NCBI RefSeq assembly: GCF_001194135.2
Contig: NC_068996.1
Span: 50,195,825-50,259,824, forward strand
DNA length: 64,000 bases
Source of the DNA: Octopus bimaculoides
Taxonomy: Eukaryota
Direction: 5' to 3'
Shown here: piece by piece, positions 50,363-63,843 of the stretch
How the letters are laid out: every line of letters starts with the position of its first letter
Position numbering within the stretch: position 1 is the stretch's first letter
Made by a program: the position numbers and the translations under genes
The notes under the pieces: model-generated
What the model saw: the letters and a program-made list of their open reading frames with translations, nothing else
Databases searched by the model: none
Told to the model about the DNA's origin: nothing

Positions 50363-51039
50363 TTTCTTACTTTTCAACTTAGCTGATATTAATTAGAATT
50401 TGAATTGTGTGATAAATTAAAAAAGAAAAATTCCTTGTAATGTTTTTGTACTAGAAATAAAATTATTCTTTTTATGTACCAGGGAGACTGGTGTCTGTGA
50501 CTAATGCCACTTTATTATGTCATTTAGTCTTTTGGGGCTTAAAGAATTTAAATGATGTTTTGATGACAAAATTTTGGCATTTAGATGTCATCATCCACTT
50601 TCCCTTGGATGCATGAATTGGACTGAAATTATGGCGGTAGCTTTTTTTATGACTGGATGCCCTTCCTGTCACAAACCTTTGTCTTTTCTAAGCAAGGTAA
50701 TATTTCACCAAGCTCAGACATATTTTTGCACAATACTGGAAATGAATGTTTTAACAATCATGTAATGTTAAGACAAGCACTTGCACACACTGATATTTCT
50801 TCATGTTTCTCTCTAGGAGATAAACTCACAAGGCTTTGGTTGGCCTAGGGCTATAAGACATTTGCCCAAAATTGGTTGGGGAGCAACACACAGCTACACC
50901 TGAACCTATCTATGGATGGATAATTAAATTAAGAATTTGTGATCAAAAGCTAAATTTGGAAAATATATATCAAATAATGATAATAAAAGTTTACATTTTC
51001 ATATTTATTATTTATTTTTGTATATCCATTTCTTTGTAG

Positions 51040-51156
51040 ACCTTTTTTGTTCCTGACACTCCAGATGTTTTAGATAATGACCCAGACTATCACCCTGATA
51101 GCTCCATGGAATTTGACACACCTTATATGAAAGTGTCCAAAAAACAAGCAAAACCT
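51040..51156 (+). CDS. KIF4: KIF4 exon 24 (TFFVPDTPDVLDNDPDYHP...KVSKKQAKP)
   Basis: tttctttgtag acceptor, GTGAGT donor; acidic-then-basic linker preceding the Cys-rich domain. Confidence 0.82.
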
Positions 51157-52431
51157 GTGAGTTTAGAATTTTTCGAAATTTACACTTCATATTTGGCTGT
51201 AATGAACTCTGGGTATTACTCACATTCTATCAGGAATTCTTTACACTTGTGATTTTTTGTTCTTATTTCTTTTCTGTTTTTTTTTCTGTAATTTACACAG
51301 TTTTATGTGATGCTTATTTCCATTTGTAATAATTTATATAATTATGGCTTGAGTCAGAGTTTTCACAAATGATGGATGCTTAGGGTTCAATACTAGTAAA
51401 TGGAGAATTTTTGGCAGTTGAGATTATCTCCCCTTCTCACATGGTGCTGGTCTTAATTACTATTTGGTAATTGTGGCACATCCTATAGAAGCAGAGAATT
51501 TTAATAAATCAAGAATTTATACTGTATGGTATTTGATATACCCATATTTGTCTACACTGTACATATATATACATGCCACTGGCTTCGATTATTTCTCTTG
51601 GCTCATTTTTGTTTAAATTATGAAGCAACCTAAAAGCATTCCTCCTCCCCCCCCTCTCATTTCACAGTATAAAGAATAAAGGAGAAAATAATGAAAATGG
51701 TATTTCTTTTCTTTTTAATTTACTTGAGTCAGAAAAGAACGGTTGGTGCCCATTTTCTCTCGCAGACCCTTCAAGACCACTAATTCTTAACTTTTTTTTT
51801 TTGTAGCACTTTTTTTAAAGTAATTGTTATGCCTAGTTCTCATCTAAGTGATGTATGAGGTATTGCAACTTACTTAACTGAACATAGATGATAATTTATA
51901 AATCTTACTCTAAAAATGGATTGTATAAGCTTTTAACAGTGAAATGTTCAAAAAATTGATAAAGACACAAGTTGTAAATTTACTTTATACATTACAAGTT
52001 AATGACTTCCCTGTACCTGATGTGGTCTCATTTTATTTTAATAACCATTATTAGGTTTATTATGTATAATATAATTACTACTATGGGTAGAATTCAGTAT
52101 GTTTATTATGTTACCTCACCGCACCTACTTGAAGGTGGGACTGCTCACTTTGAGAACCTCTGCTCTGGACAGATACAATTTGAATGTCTATAAGTTAATA
52201 TCTGAATAAAGAGGAAATCCTAGACATTTGCTTTCCTGGTAGTGAAATGTTTAGCATGAAATCTTGGAGATGATGTACAGCAAGGGTTGTGGGGAAACAA
52301 CAATAGATTATCATAATGGGAAAGGGCCCAGTACCAGCTTTCATGACATTTTCTTGTTGGAATTTTAAATTTTCTCTGGAGGTCTGAGTTTTGTAATATC
52401 AAAAGGATTATTCTTGATAAATAATATTCAT

Positions 52432-52905
52432 TTAGCCCTTTCGTTACCAACCCAGCTAAAACTGGCTCTCGCTCTGAGTACAAATGTCATGTTTTAATAA
52501 ATTCTGAATTAAAATCTTCCACCAAACCTTAGTCACAATTTATGTTCCTAACACTAGTTTAATAACAATTAAGTTATTTTACTAAATCCTTTGTTATATT
52601 TAAAGTAATTGAGAGAAACACAGAACATCTCGACAGAAATATGATAACAAAATGGTTAAACTATATAATAGAGAAACAATTCTTAACCCTTTTGATACCA
52701 CCCTGGCTGAAACTGGTTCTGTAGTACAAATGTCTTGTTTTCAAAAGCTCTGAATTAAAATCTTCCACCAAACCTTAGTCACAATTTATGTTCCTAACAC
52801 TAGCTTCATGATAACTAAGTTATTTTACTAAATTCTTTGTTATATTTAAAGTAATTGAAAGAAACACAGAACATCTCAACAGAAATATGATAACAAAAGG
52901 GCTAA
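52432..52905 (+). mobile_element. MITE family E tandem dimer
   Basis: Two copies joined by actatataatagagaaacaattc. Confidence 0.9.
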
Positions 52906-53408
52906 ATAAAGGTCTGTACTGTGTTGTTTGCAATATTCTATGAAATTAAAATATTTTTAGGCAATTGTTTGCAAGTTAAACTTGCAATGTTATTAGAGTT
53001 GGTTAGAATGTGTACATATGACTTGAAAAAAATGGTTTGATATCGAAAAGGGCAGAGATTAAGGAGTAGTAATAGGGCAGAGAATTCAAAGGATAATAAA
53101 GGTAGGAAGATGAAAGGGTATTAGGAATATGTAGGTGGAGAAATGAAAAGATATCAGAAGCACGTGGGTTGAGAAGTGAGAGGGTATTGGGGGTATATGG
53201 ACATGGTGTTGCGAAGCTATTGGGAAAAGTGGGTGGAGAAACACAAATATTAGAAAATAGGGGTAAAAGGATATTAGGAGTAAGTGAGAGAATGGTCAAA
53301 AGATATTAAGTGTATGTGAGTGGAGCAATAAAAGCATATTGGGAATAATTGTCAAATTCTGAAGTGAGGAATTTTTCTCATTAAAATTTTTTTGTTTTTC
53401 TTTTTCAG

Positions 53409-53519
53409 TTGAAAAGTTGCAGGTGTATGCGCAGTAAATGCAAATCCAAAGTTTGCCCATGTTTTAAAAAGACTGCGTTCTGTTTGCCTTCATGTTCTTG
53501 TGCTAATTGTGAAAATAAG
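53409..53519 (+). CDS. KIF4: KIF4 exon 25, Cys-rich CXC/CRC-like domain (LKSCRCMRSKCKSKVCPCFKKTAFCLPSCSCANCENK)
   Basis: Nine Cys with CRC/TCR spacing; strong polypyrimidine acceptor. Confidence 0.93.
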
Positions 53520-53832
53520 GTATTTTAATTATTATTATTGTTGTTGTTGTTGTTGTTGTTGTTGTTTGGGGTAAGGCAGAGAGCTGGCAGAATCGTTAGC
53601 ATGCTTAGCGATATTTCGTCTGCCGCTACATTCTGAGGTCAACTTTACCTTTCATCCTTTCAAGGTGGGGCACTGGGATCAATGTAATCAACCTCTCCAC
53701 TCCTCAAATTTCAGGCCTTGTGTCAAAATAAGGATAGTTGTTCAAACTCTGCCAAGTTGACTTTAACCTTTCACCCTTTTTGAAGTGGGGGTGGGGGAGT
53801 TGATAAAATAGTACTAATTGCAAACTGGATCA

Positions 53833-55192
53833 ATCATCATCATGGTTTAACATCTGTTTTCCATGCTGGCATGGGTTGGACAGTTCGACTGGGATCTCAG
53901 AAGCCAGGAGGCTGCACCAGGCTCCAGTCTGATCTGGCAGTGTTTCTACACCTGGATGCCTTTCCTAATGCCAACCACTCTGAGAGTGTAGTGGGTGTTT
54001 TTTATGTGCCACCGGCACAGGGGCCAGTCAATGCGGCAGTGGCATCAGCCACGTTCTGATGGTGTTTTTTACATGCCACCGGCACAGGGATCACAGCTGC
54101 AATTTCCATAGATTTTGGTTTTGATGTACTTGACTCAATAGGTCTCCTCAAGCACAACATGTTGCCCTATGATCCAAGGTACTTTTGAGTGGGCTGGTTA
54201 TGCGACACTGATGTAGGTTACAGCTGTGAACTCACTTTATTTGCCGGGTCTTCTCAGTCACAGGTCTTGGTCTTTCATCATTGCCTCTGTGAGGCCCAAC
54301 GTTCAAAGGTCATGCTTCACCACTTCATCCCACGTCTTCCTGGGTCTACCTCTACCACGAGTTCCCTCCACTGTTAGAGTGCAACACTTCTTCACACAGC
54401 TGTCCTCATCCATATACAACACATAACCATCCCAGTGCAGTCGTCTCTCTTGCACACCACATCTGATGCTTCTTATGTCCAACTTTTCTCTCAGGGCGCT
54501 TACACTCTGTCGTGTATGCACACTGACATTACACATCCAGCAGATCATGCTAGCTTCATTTCTTTCGAACCTACGCATGTCTTCAGCAGTCACAGCCCAT
54601 GCTCCACTGCCGTGTAGCATGGCAGTTCACACACATGCATCATACAATCTACCTTTCACTCTGAGTGAGAGGCCCTTTGTTACCAGTAGGAGTAGAAGCT
54701 TTCTGAACTTTGCCCAGGCTATTCTTATTCTAGTGTTAACCCTCTCTGAGCATCCACTCCCACTACTGACTTGGTCACCTAGGTAATGGAAGCTATCAAC
54801 TACTTGTAGTTTCTTCCCCTGGAATGTGATGGAATCAGTTTTCTGAGCATCTGTGGTGTTTCTTGCCCCTGTGCATCTGCCACATGCAAAACCAATCTTC
54901 CCGATTAACCTTCCTTTGATGCATCCATAGCTTACACTGGGAACATCTAATGGTGTTTCTACCTGCACCTTTTCTACAGATCAAGCAGGGCCATCTACCT
55001 GAAGGGGTGTGTGATGTGTTCATCTTCCTACTTACTTGAACTTTGGTCTTTGCAACATTGACCATAAGGCCCTTCGATTCTAAACCTTGCTTCCAAACCT
55101 GAAATATCTTCTCTAGTTCTGGTTGGGATTTTGGTATGAGGGCCAGGTCATCAGCATAGAGGAGCTCCCAGGGGCATCCTGTCTTGAATTTA
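53833..55192 (-). mobile_element. RTE LINE 3' copy including an RT remnant
   Basis: PWELLYADDLAL, FHYLGDQV, RIRIAWAKFR, HGSGAWAVTAEDMRR, and the tail. Confidence 0.9.
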
Positions 55193-57331
55193 CCCTCCAC
55201 CCTTAAAAACTGCTGGCCTTGTGCCACACGAGTGTTGGGCCTCATGGAGGCAATGACCAAGACCTTTGGCATTATGTCGTTCTTGAGAAGAAGACATATC
55301 AAGCTGAGCAAAATAACTGTCGTGGCACGTAAAAGCACCCATTAAACTCTCAAAGTGGTTAGCGTTAGCAAGGGCATCCAACCATAGAAAACCATGCGGA
55401 ATCAGACTGGAGTCTAGTGCAGCCTTCCAGCTTACCAGCCCAGTCAAACCGTCCAACCCATGCCAGCATGGACAACAGACGTTAAATGATGATGATGAAC
55501 TGGCAGAATTGTTACTGTACCAGGCAAAATGCTTTGCATGTCTTCCAACTACACATTCTGAGTTCAAATTCTTCCAAGGTTGATTTTTGCCTTTTGTCCT
55601 TTTGGAGTTGTTGAAATAAAGTACCAGTTGTGTAATGAGGGGAGGGTTAATGTAACGAACTATCACCTTCCTTTGAAATTGCTGGCCTTGTGTCTAGGTT
55701 AAGGATTTCTTAAAAATGCAAGGATTTGTGTTTGTGTGGAAAAAATTTCTTGTTAATAGAGACTCTCGCCATGTTATCTGCAACCTAATTAATTATGCCA
55801 GGTATTGTTGAGGTTTTTCAGTGATATTAAGTGCAACAGCGCCCTGCTTTCAGTGAGGGGGATCACTGATAAATGAAATAGGGAGAGAAAGTAGATCAAG
55901 GTCTGTTGAGATGTGATCACAACTGGAAAGGTGCTCGGTGTTATAGAGTTGCTTGTTTATGATTTTATTATGAGATGTTAAAAGAATTTATTTTCTGACC
56001 TCTTAACTTACACATTTAAAAAAAAATTTCCATATTTTGAATCATCATCATCATCATCATTTAACGTCCACTTTCCATGCTAGCATGGGTTGGACGATTT
56101 GATTGGGGACTGGAGAACCAGATGGCTACACCAGACCCATATATAAAGAAGAATGAGTACACACATTATTTTGGATCACTTATGATTTATTATGAAGTTA
56201 CTGATTGTTGATGACAGAAAATGGGAATAACATCACGAACGAAGTATTTCAGATTAGAAATGAATGACAGATACCTCAAGAGTACAGTGAACGTATATTT
56301 TCGTTCAAATATATATTTACTAGACATCTCTGAATGAAAATACACGGGATAACATGTTAAGAGGTTAAAACAGGAAGTTTGATGATAAAACACAGGATGG
56401 TCACAAGAAAGTTTGTATCAAAAAAGTAACAAACGCATAGCAATTTGTCCACCCACTTTTGCAATAATCACAGCCCAGTAATAAGTCTGTTTGACCAGGG
56501 TTGACCTAAGGTTAAACAAAAAAGAAAACAAAATACAACAAACAAACTTACCAGAAAGTAATATGGGAACCTTATCATGGCTGCTCACACATACTAGAAG
56601 TAGCAGACAAAATATGCCCTCAAATGATATCTTATTTTTTACTTGTTCCAGTCACTGCATTTACTACCATGCTGGGCCATCAACACCAATATTCTTACTC
56701 TTTTACTTGTTTCAGTCATTGAACTTGAGCCATGCTGGGAGACTGCCATGAAGAATTTTAGTCAGACCGATTCCAGAATTTATAAGTTTGGTGATTGTTC
56801 TACCACTATCTTATGCTGAACTGCTAAGTTCTGGGGATGTAAACAAACCAAGACTGATTGCCAAGTGGTAGTGACACACACATACACGCGCGCGCGATAA
56901 GCTTTCATTTTCCATCTACGAGATGCATTCACAAGGCTTTGGTTGACCCAGGCTATTGTAGAAGACGATTATCTGAGGTGCCATGCAGTGGGACTGGACT
57001 CTGCATGGCCACACCTGTGCTTGATTGTAGATATTAAAAAAAAAAAAAAAAAAAAGGTCTGAATAAGAGTTAGTTCTGGTGTACACTGTTTGAAGGTGAT
57101 GGAATTGACAGCATTGGGTTGGAGATGTTTTGGGATTTGGCAACCATGCTGTGGTGGAGAGTGAGTGTGTTGCATGAAATTTGGAAACAAAGAAAAATGG
57201 CAAATGTAGAGTGGTTCTTTTTTTTCCTTTCCCTCTACACCCTCACCTATGAATGATTAATTGTGCCAGTTGTGCTCTTAAAATGATTTTTCAATTAAAT
57301 ATTGACAATATTGTTCTTTCTGTTCTTTCAG

Positions 57332-57385
57332 CCGACATCTTTATTCGACTCATCCACCAGCGATGTGGACAATGAGGACAACTGA
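57332..57385 (+). CDS. KIF4: KIF4 terminal exon 26 (PTSLFDSSTSDVDNEDN*)
   Basis: ttctttctgttctttcag acceptor, phase 0, TGA at 57383-57385. No better candidate seen between 53520 and 57331. Confidence 0.75.
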   Translation, partial: PTSLFDSSTSDVDNEDN

Positions 57386-57960
57386 AGTGTAAAGAGACTG
57401 TACCATTCCTTTTACTCAGATCTGATAGTTCTACTTTAGTTCTTTCAGCAGCAAACTTTGTCTAAGGGCATATTTGGTAACCCTACTGTGTGTATACGTA
57501 TATATATATATATAAATATATAAATATATATATGTATATATACATATATATGTATATATATATGTGTGAGTATACATGCTATGATATGCATTTATGTATG
57601 TGTATGAATATAATGTAAGTATGCATATGTACACAATATGTGTGTGTGTATGGGTGTGTTAATGCATGGTGTGTGTGCGTGTTCAATTATATTCCTCTGA
57701 CTGCCTCATCTCTGAGTTGCTCATTTCTATTATTTCATCATCGATATAAATCAAGCTCAAAGAGTCTGAATGTTGTATTGTTTCTATTTTTATTTGATTG
57801 TATTTTCACACACTTACGTAAGACTCCAGTATCGAATGTATCATCTTTTAATTTAGTAAGTTGAGGTTTGAGAAAGACTTGGTTTTGATTTCTAACTGGT
57901 TGAATGATCATCATGTTTGTGTAATGATACCAACTCATCTTTAGTAGTGGCACATCTTTG

Positions 57961-57966
57961 AATAAA
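57961..57966 (+). terminator. Candidate polyadenylation signal AATAAA
   Basis: First clear AATAAA I found after the stop codon, about 575 nt downstream, followed by T-rich sequence. Confidence 0.4.
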
Positions 57967-58339
57967 TATGTATCGATCATTACGCTCACATTTTATTTAT
58001 TTACGATTTGAGGGAGTTTTTATTTTAATTTTTGTAAGTCATGTAACCGCAGGACCTCCCCTTGTTAGCTTCTACATTTTGTATTTTATCTAACAAAAGG
58101 CAGATTTTCTCTGTGTGTGTGTGTGTATGTTTAATATTCATACATTTACACAATTCCAAATTTCTTGGATGAAAGAATTGGAATTAATATTCTATCAATC
58201 TTTGCCTCAATAATCATAATTGAGTAGAATCGAGTACTTTAAAGCAATTAAGCCCCGACCAACGCCGGGCACTCCTGCTAGTATATATATATGTATATAT
58301 TTCACCATCAGGGAAGGTTAACCTTAATTTGATGCAGTT

Positions 58340-59250
58340 TGACTTTGTGCCAGGAAGAAGCATTACTGATGCTGCCTTCCTAGTATGGCAACTAGAGGAA
58401 AAGCACTTAGCGAAAAAATAAATTAATTAATAAACCACTATACACAATGGAATGACAGGAAGATTAACAGAGAAAGTAGTCTTTGTGTGTGGCAGATGTG
58501 CAGTTACAGTAACACTGAGAATGTACAGAAAATAGATTTCCTCAAATGTCTGGGTGGTGGGGCAGGGTCCTTAGAACTGGGAGGTAGTTTTTGTTACCTG
58601 GATGACCAAATTGGAGTGGTAGAAGTTGTTCTGGAAGTGTAGTTACTAGAATAAGAACAGGCTGGTCAAAGTTCAGGGAGCTATTACCTTTGTTGGTAAC
58701 TAAGGGTCTCCCTTAAAATGAAAGGCAGACAATAAACACTAAAAATGTAGAGAAAATAGACTCCATGAAATGCAAGGGGGTAAAACTAGAAGTAGTTGAT
58801 ACTTTGAGTTACCTAAGTGACCAAGTCAGTATGGGGGTGGGTACTCTGAGAGTGTAGTTACTAGAATAAGAATAGGCTGGGCACAGTTTAGAGAGCTCCT
58901 ACCTCTCTTGATATCAAGACATGGTAACTGAATGTAGAGGTTGTGTAAAGGTTGGAAAGAAATGACCTACAGATGATTCACTGGATGTTTAATGTTAGTG
59001 TGTATGAATGACAGAGCACAAATGAGCTGAGGGAATAAAAGTGGGTGTTGGAGAAAAGAAGTACTATAATGTGAGAGAGAGAGAGAGAGATATGACTGTG
59101 CTGTGTGATTCGTGTGCAAACAAGTGCTGAGTAACAGAAGTTATGAAAAGAAATTGGAGAAAGAGTGGTTAAAGCTGGTTTCAGAACCATGTCGACAAAG
59201 GACCACGAGTTGTGAGATGCTGTGCCGAAGAAGACCTGTACATTACTTAT
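58340..59250 (+). mobile_element. Highly decayed RTE LINE
   Basis: PGRSITDAAFLVWQLEEK and LEVVDT...LSDQVS...RIRIGWAQFRELL fragments. Confidence 0.7.
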
Positions 59251-60455
59251 TCAAACATGATATAACAAAAAGATAAAAGTGATATGTTTCTTGTGTACAT
59301 GTGTGAAAGTGAGTGAGGTTTTGTAAGAACATTCTTATTTTTTTGAAAAGCACTGATAGTCAATAAAATAATTGAAAGGGAGGACACAAAGTGTTTGTAG
59401 CTTATCAAGTAAAAACACTGGGTTTAGCTTTAATGTTAATCTTTGTAACAGTTAAGTTAGTGTTAACGTTCAACATTTGGATCATTTAAAAGAAATCTAT
59501 GTAGCAAGCTTAAAAAAAACTAAATAGTGTTACTATTATTTTAATTTTTCATCAAGTATGGAAATTGGTTTCCTTACTTCTAGATTTGTTTCAGTGTTAT
59601 TCTGATCTCATTAGTCAACATGTTCTTCATCTTATTGAAATAGTAATGAAAGAATGTACATTTGTTAATCTGTGTCAGCTTAGATAAGACGGCTGACGCC
59701 CCCAGTTAAACCATATTGATTTATTTTCTTGTTACTTGGAAATATTAAGTCTGTCATCGACCAATGTTCTTTGTTCAATGCATTCCGTAATGCAAGATAA
59801 CAAACAACCTCTAGAGTGTTTCTTTTAGGCCAGTCTAAGTGAAATTTTGGCTCAAATACAAGAAGCAATTCACTGCATGTTAACCCTACAGCAACTTCAT
59901 CTTACATCAAGTTAGTTGCTTAAATCTGCCATAAAATAACCTGTGCAGGTCACTCAAATCCTATTAGTGGCTTTCTCAAAGTCCACTCTCTGCCCCACAG
60001 ACCTCAACTGTTTACTCACATCTGTAAAAGTTAAGAATGCTTCCTTATAATTCTTCAAATAAGTTACCTGCCATTACAATGTCTGCAAGACATCACAAAA
60101 TAAGAATTTCTGTGCAGTTTACTGACTGCAAGCTTGCTTATTTACTAAATCACAGCAGTTTCTTCTGGTTTCTGTGTGGTAAAGATACATGGTTCCTATG
60201 TGATGTTAATTGAACAGCTTCCAGTCTGTTTCCTTATGGCCTACTAAGCTAGTCCATTGTTGCTTAACCGTTTTAGATGGATTTGGGATAAAACAGTGGA
60301 TGTTCTTATTAACTGATTGGCATAGAAAAAATGTCAGAGTTTTAGCACAACAGGTATTTTTAGACAAAGATGGTGACAGGATAAATATATATTCTTATTA
60401 CTTGTAGATTCTTGTAATTTTATAGCAGAAATTAGAACTAAATGAAACTGTTTCT

Positions 60456-60846
60456 TTAACCCTTTAGCATTTAGACCAGCCATATCTGGTCCAAATATCT
60501 TACCTGTTTTATGTTCAAGCTACTATATCCAGCCTCTTGTACTTACCCTACAATGTCATTTTTTCAGACTAAATAATCAAATCATCAAAATCTCAAAGCT
60601 ATGAGGTAATGCACGATTAATTGAAAATATAAGGAAGTAAGCATTACATTTGACAGACTAACCTGAATGTTAAAGGGTTAAACCAGCCATATCTGGCCTC
60701 TCTCACCTACCCTACAATGTCATTCTAAAACTAAACAATCACATCATTGAAACCTCAAAGCTATGAGGTAATGCATGATTAAATGAAAACATTATGAATA
60801 AATAAGCATTACATTTGACAGAGTAATCAGAATGCTAAAGGGTTAA
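60456..60846 (-). mobile_element. MITE family D, one full copy plus one truncated adjacent copy
   Basis: TTAA termini at 60456, 60678 and 60843. Confidence 0.88.
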
Positions 60847-61992
60847 AATATTTCCTTCAAGATACAGCTCTTGTCCTTTCAAGACTGTAGCAAATCTAAC
60901 AGTTTTACTTACTGCAGTGATTCTGTTCAGTTGTCCTTCCTTCATTGTAATCATTGGGAAATGGACAATTGAATACTAGTCTATTAAAATTGTTACTATA
61001 GGTTTATATAGTTCTGTCTTATTGAAAACAATGTAACTTCATTGAAAGTTGCTTAGTGACTCCCGAAGTATGTGTTTATGTGTGTGTCTATGTACGTATG
61101 TCTGTGTAATATATATGCAATCATTCACAAACTTGCCATTACACATTTTATAACTCAAATTTTTCTATCAACTGGATATCTACTATGTTGTATATGTATA
61201 TATATTAAAAGGAATTTTTCTTTGTCGTTTGATTTTAAAAAATTTTATTTTTTCTTTTCTCAATGTTTCATACATGCATGTCTTCCTTCTCCCGCTGGTT
61301 CATCTTAACAAGGCTTTACTCTCATTCAAGGTATCAACTGTGGGCTGGGAGAGGCCTTGTAGCAGGCTCCACAACAGAGGCACAGTGTCACCTTGGAGAT
61401 GGCAAGGGACTGCCAGTGATGGTGAGCACTGGTGGAGTTGGTTGGTTCTACACATAGTGATGTCTCTGGGGCCACTAACCTGGGATGACCCCAGCCTCAT
61501 CAAGCAAACAAACATGCATATATTCATGTTTATATAAACTATTGATGGTGCTCTTGCATTGCTGTAGTTTGAGTGGTTGAAACCAGTAGAAGGGAGATTT
61601 TAGAATCAAGTATTTTGTAAATAATATTGTTGGTTACAGATTGCTGACAAATCACTCACTGGCTTCCTACATTTCTAACGGTAACCATGATGAATGTATG
61701 TTCAGAGAGACACTTTGGGCAAGTGTCTGCTATAACCTTAGGCTGACCAAAACCACGAGAGTGGGTTTGAGAGACATATATACCTCCATGCACACACACA
61801 CACACATTCGTGTGTGTTTGTCTACTTCCACTGCTTGTCAACCAATGTTGGTGTGCTTACATCCTTGTGACTTAGTGATTCGGCAAAAGAGACTGTGGAG
61901 TAAATGTCAGGCTTGGGAAAAGATAAGTGAAGTAAGATCATTCTAGGCAGTGCCCCAGCATGGCCACAGTCCAATTACTAAAACAAAAGATT

Positions 61993-62030
<38 letters not shown>

Positions 62031-62253
62031 GTGAGTGAAGAAAAAATATATAGTGCATGTGTTTATTTGGCAAAAAAAATGGCCATCCTAAAATACAACA
62101 TATATATATATATAAATAAATGAGTAATAGTAGAGGTACAGGTATGTATACCAAGGTTGATAATTACATAACGTTGTCTATATTATTCTGATCTAATGAG
62201 GTGCCTCAATGTAAGTACCTAATTCAACTGAATCCTATATATATATATATATA

Positions 62254-62547
62254 CACGGTGTCCACAAAGTCTGGGTACATGGGGATTAACACGTACTTTA
62301 AAAAATTATTATTTCTTATATTTAATTGTTTATGCTATGATTTTATTTACTCCATGTGCCCACATGGGGATTAACACATACTTTAAGTAATTATTATTTC
62401 TTATATTTAATTGTTTATGCTATGATTTTATTTACTCCATGTACCCACATGGGGATTAACACGTACTTTAAGAAATTGTTTCTTATATTTAATTGTTTAT
62501 GTTACGATTTTATTTACTCCATGTACCCAGACTTTGTGGACACCCTG
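62254..62547. mobile_element. Tc1/mariner-type MITE with three internal tandem units of about 88 bp
   Basis: TA-ca(c/g)ggtgtccacaaagtctgggtacatgg TIRs; same family as 50153-50279. Confidence 0.88.
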
Positions 62548-63126
62548 TATGTGTATATATATATATACACACACACACACCTGTTTCTATGTTGTACTTT
62601 TTTATATCCTGTTAGTGTCATTATGGTTTACTATTAAACTTGAAGGCATATCCATACAGTTTTAGTCCCACCAAATTCCACTTGTAAAGTATTGAACAAT
62701 CTGAAGAAGATGACAGAAGATAGCAAAATTTTCTCACCATGAAGCAAATCTCTTTACCCCACAACCAATATCAGCATTCATGGCCACACTTGTAAGAGTT
62801 GAGCAGTCGGTTCCTAATTTGCAGGACCATTTCAGAACTTACTTTATCAATGAGTAGAGTTTTGGCATAACATTGCCAAAACTGTGTAGAGTTAGTAAAT
62901 TCTTGAATCTCAGTCAATTGATAACTTTCAATAAAGCTTGTGCGTACATGTAATTCATGTGAATTACTGCTAGGCCACATGAAAATAGCTGATCAACAAA
63001 TATGATTCAGTCAACTATGACCACTGGCCCACGGATATCTTATTTCTTCTATATATTCAGACAAACCTGTGTGGTAAGAGGTTTACTTACCAACTATAAG
63101 GCTTTGGGTTCGTTCCTACTAAGTAA

Positions 63127-63420
63127 CATCATCATCATCATCGTCATTTAACGTCTGCTTTCCATGCTAGCATGGGTTGGATGATTTGACTGGAGACTGG
63201 TGAAATCAGATGGCTACACCAGGCTCCAATCTGATCTGGCAGAGTTTCTACAGTTGGATGCCCTTCCTAACGCCAACCACTCCGAGAGTGTAGTGGGTGC
63301 TTTTACAGGCCACCGGCACGAAGGCCTGTCAGGAGGTACTGGCAACGGCCACGCTCGAAATGGTGTATTTTATGTGCCACCTGCACAGGACCCAGTCCAG
63401 CGGCACTGGCAATGATCTCG
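63127..63420 (-). mobile_element. RTE 3' tail copy
   Basis: Same tail sequence. Confidence 0.85.
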
Positions 63421-63843
63421 CTTGAAATATCTACTATTGCCTCGGGTTGACCAAAGCCTTGTGAGTGAATTTGGTAGACAAACTGAAAGAAGCCTGTCGT
63501 GTGTATGTATGAATATGTAATAGTTTAAAAAAATCTTATTGAGGAAAATGGAACATTTCATTCACAGAATGAGATGGCTTAATTTTTGGCATGAAAACAC
63601 GGCAAGACAACACTGACCACAAGTGTGATTTTAAATTTAAGAAGAATCCTAGCAAATAAAGATTTAGTATCTTTTGAAATTGATCGTTTTGATCTGGTAA
63701 AGAAAATAAAAATTCAGCAAAGTGAGCAACAAACTCCAAGAAGAAAACCTTAACTATGAGAAAAATTCTGAAAAACTTTTTCTACATTCTCACAAAACTA
63801 AAAACCTGTACACTTGACAAGAATTTATACAACACATTCCTCT

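Noticed and set aside
51668-51698. Purine-rich candidate exon (IKNKGENNEN); also an AG at 50482
   Set aside because: Phases are incompatible with exons 23-25, or in-frame stops occur.
62640-62960. Possible CR1/L2 3' remnant (IHGHTCK...)
   Set aside because: Similarity is too degenerate to call without alignment.
63536-63690. Possible terminal exon of a downstream minus-strand gene after a strong acceptor
   Set aside because: No recognisable protein in any frame and no partner exons seen.
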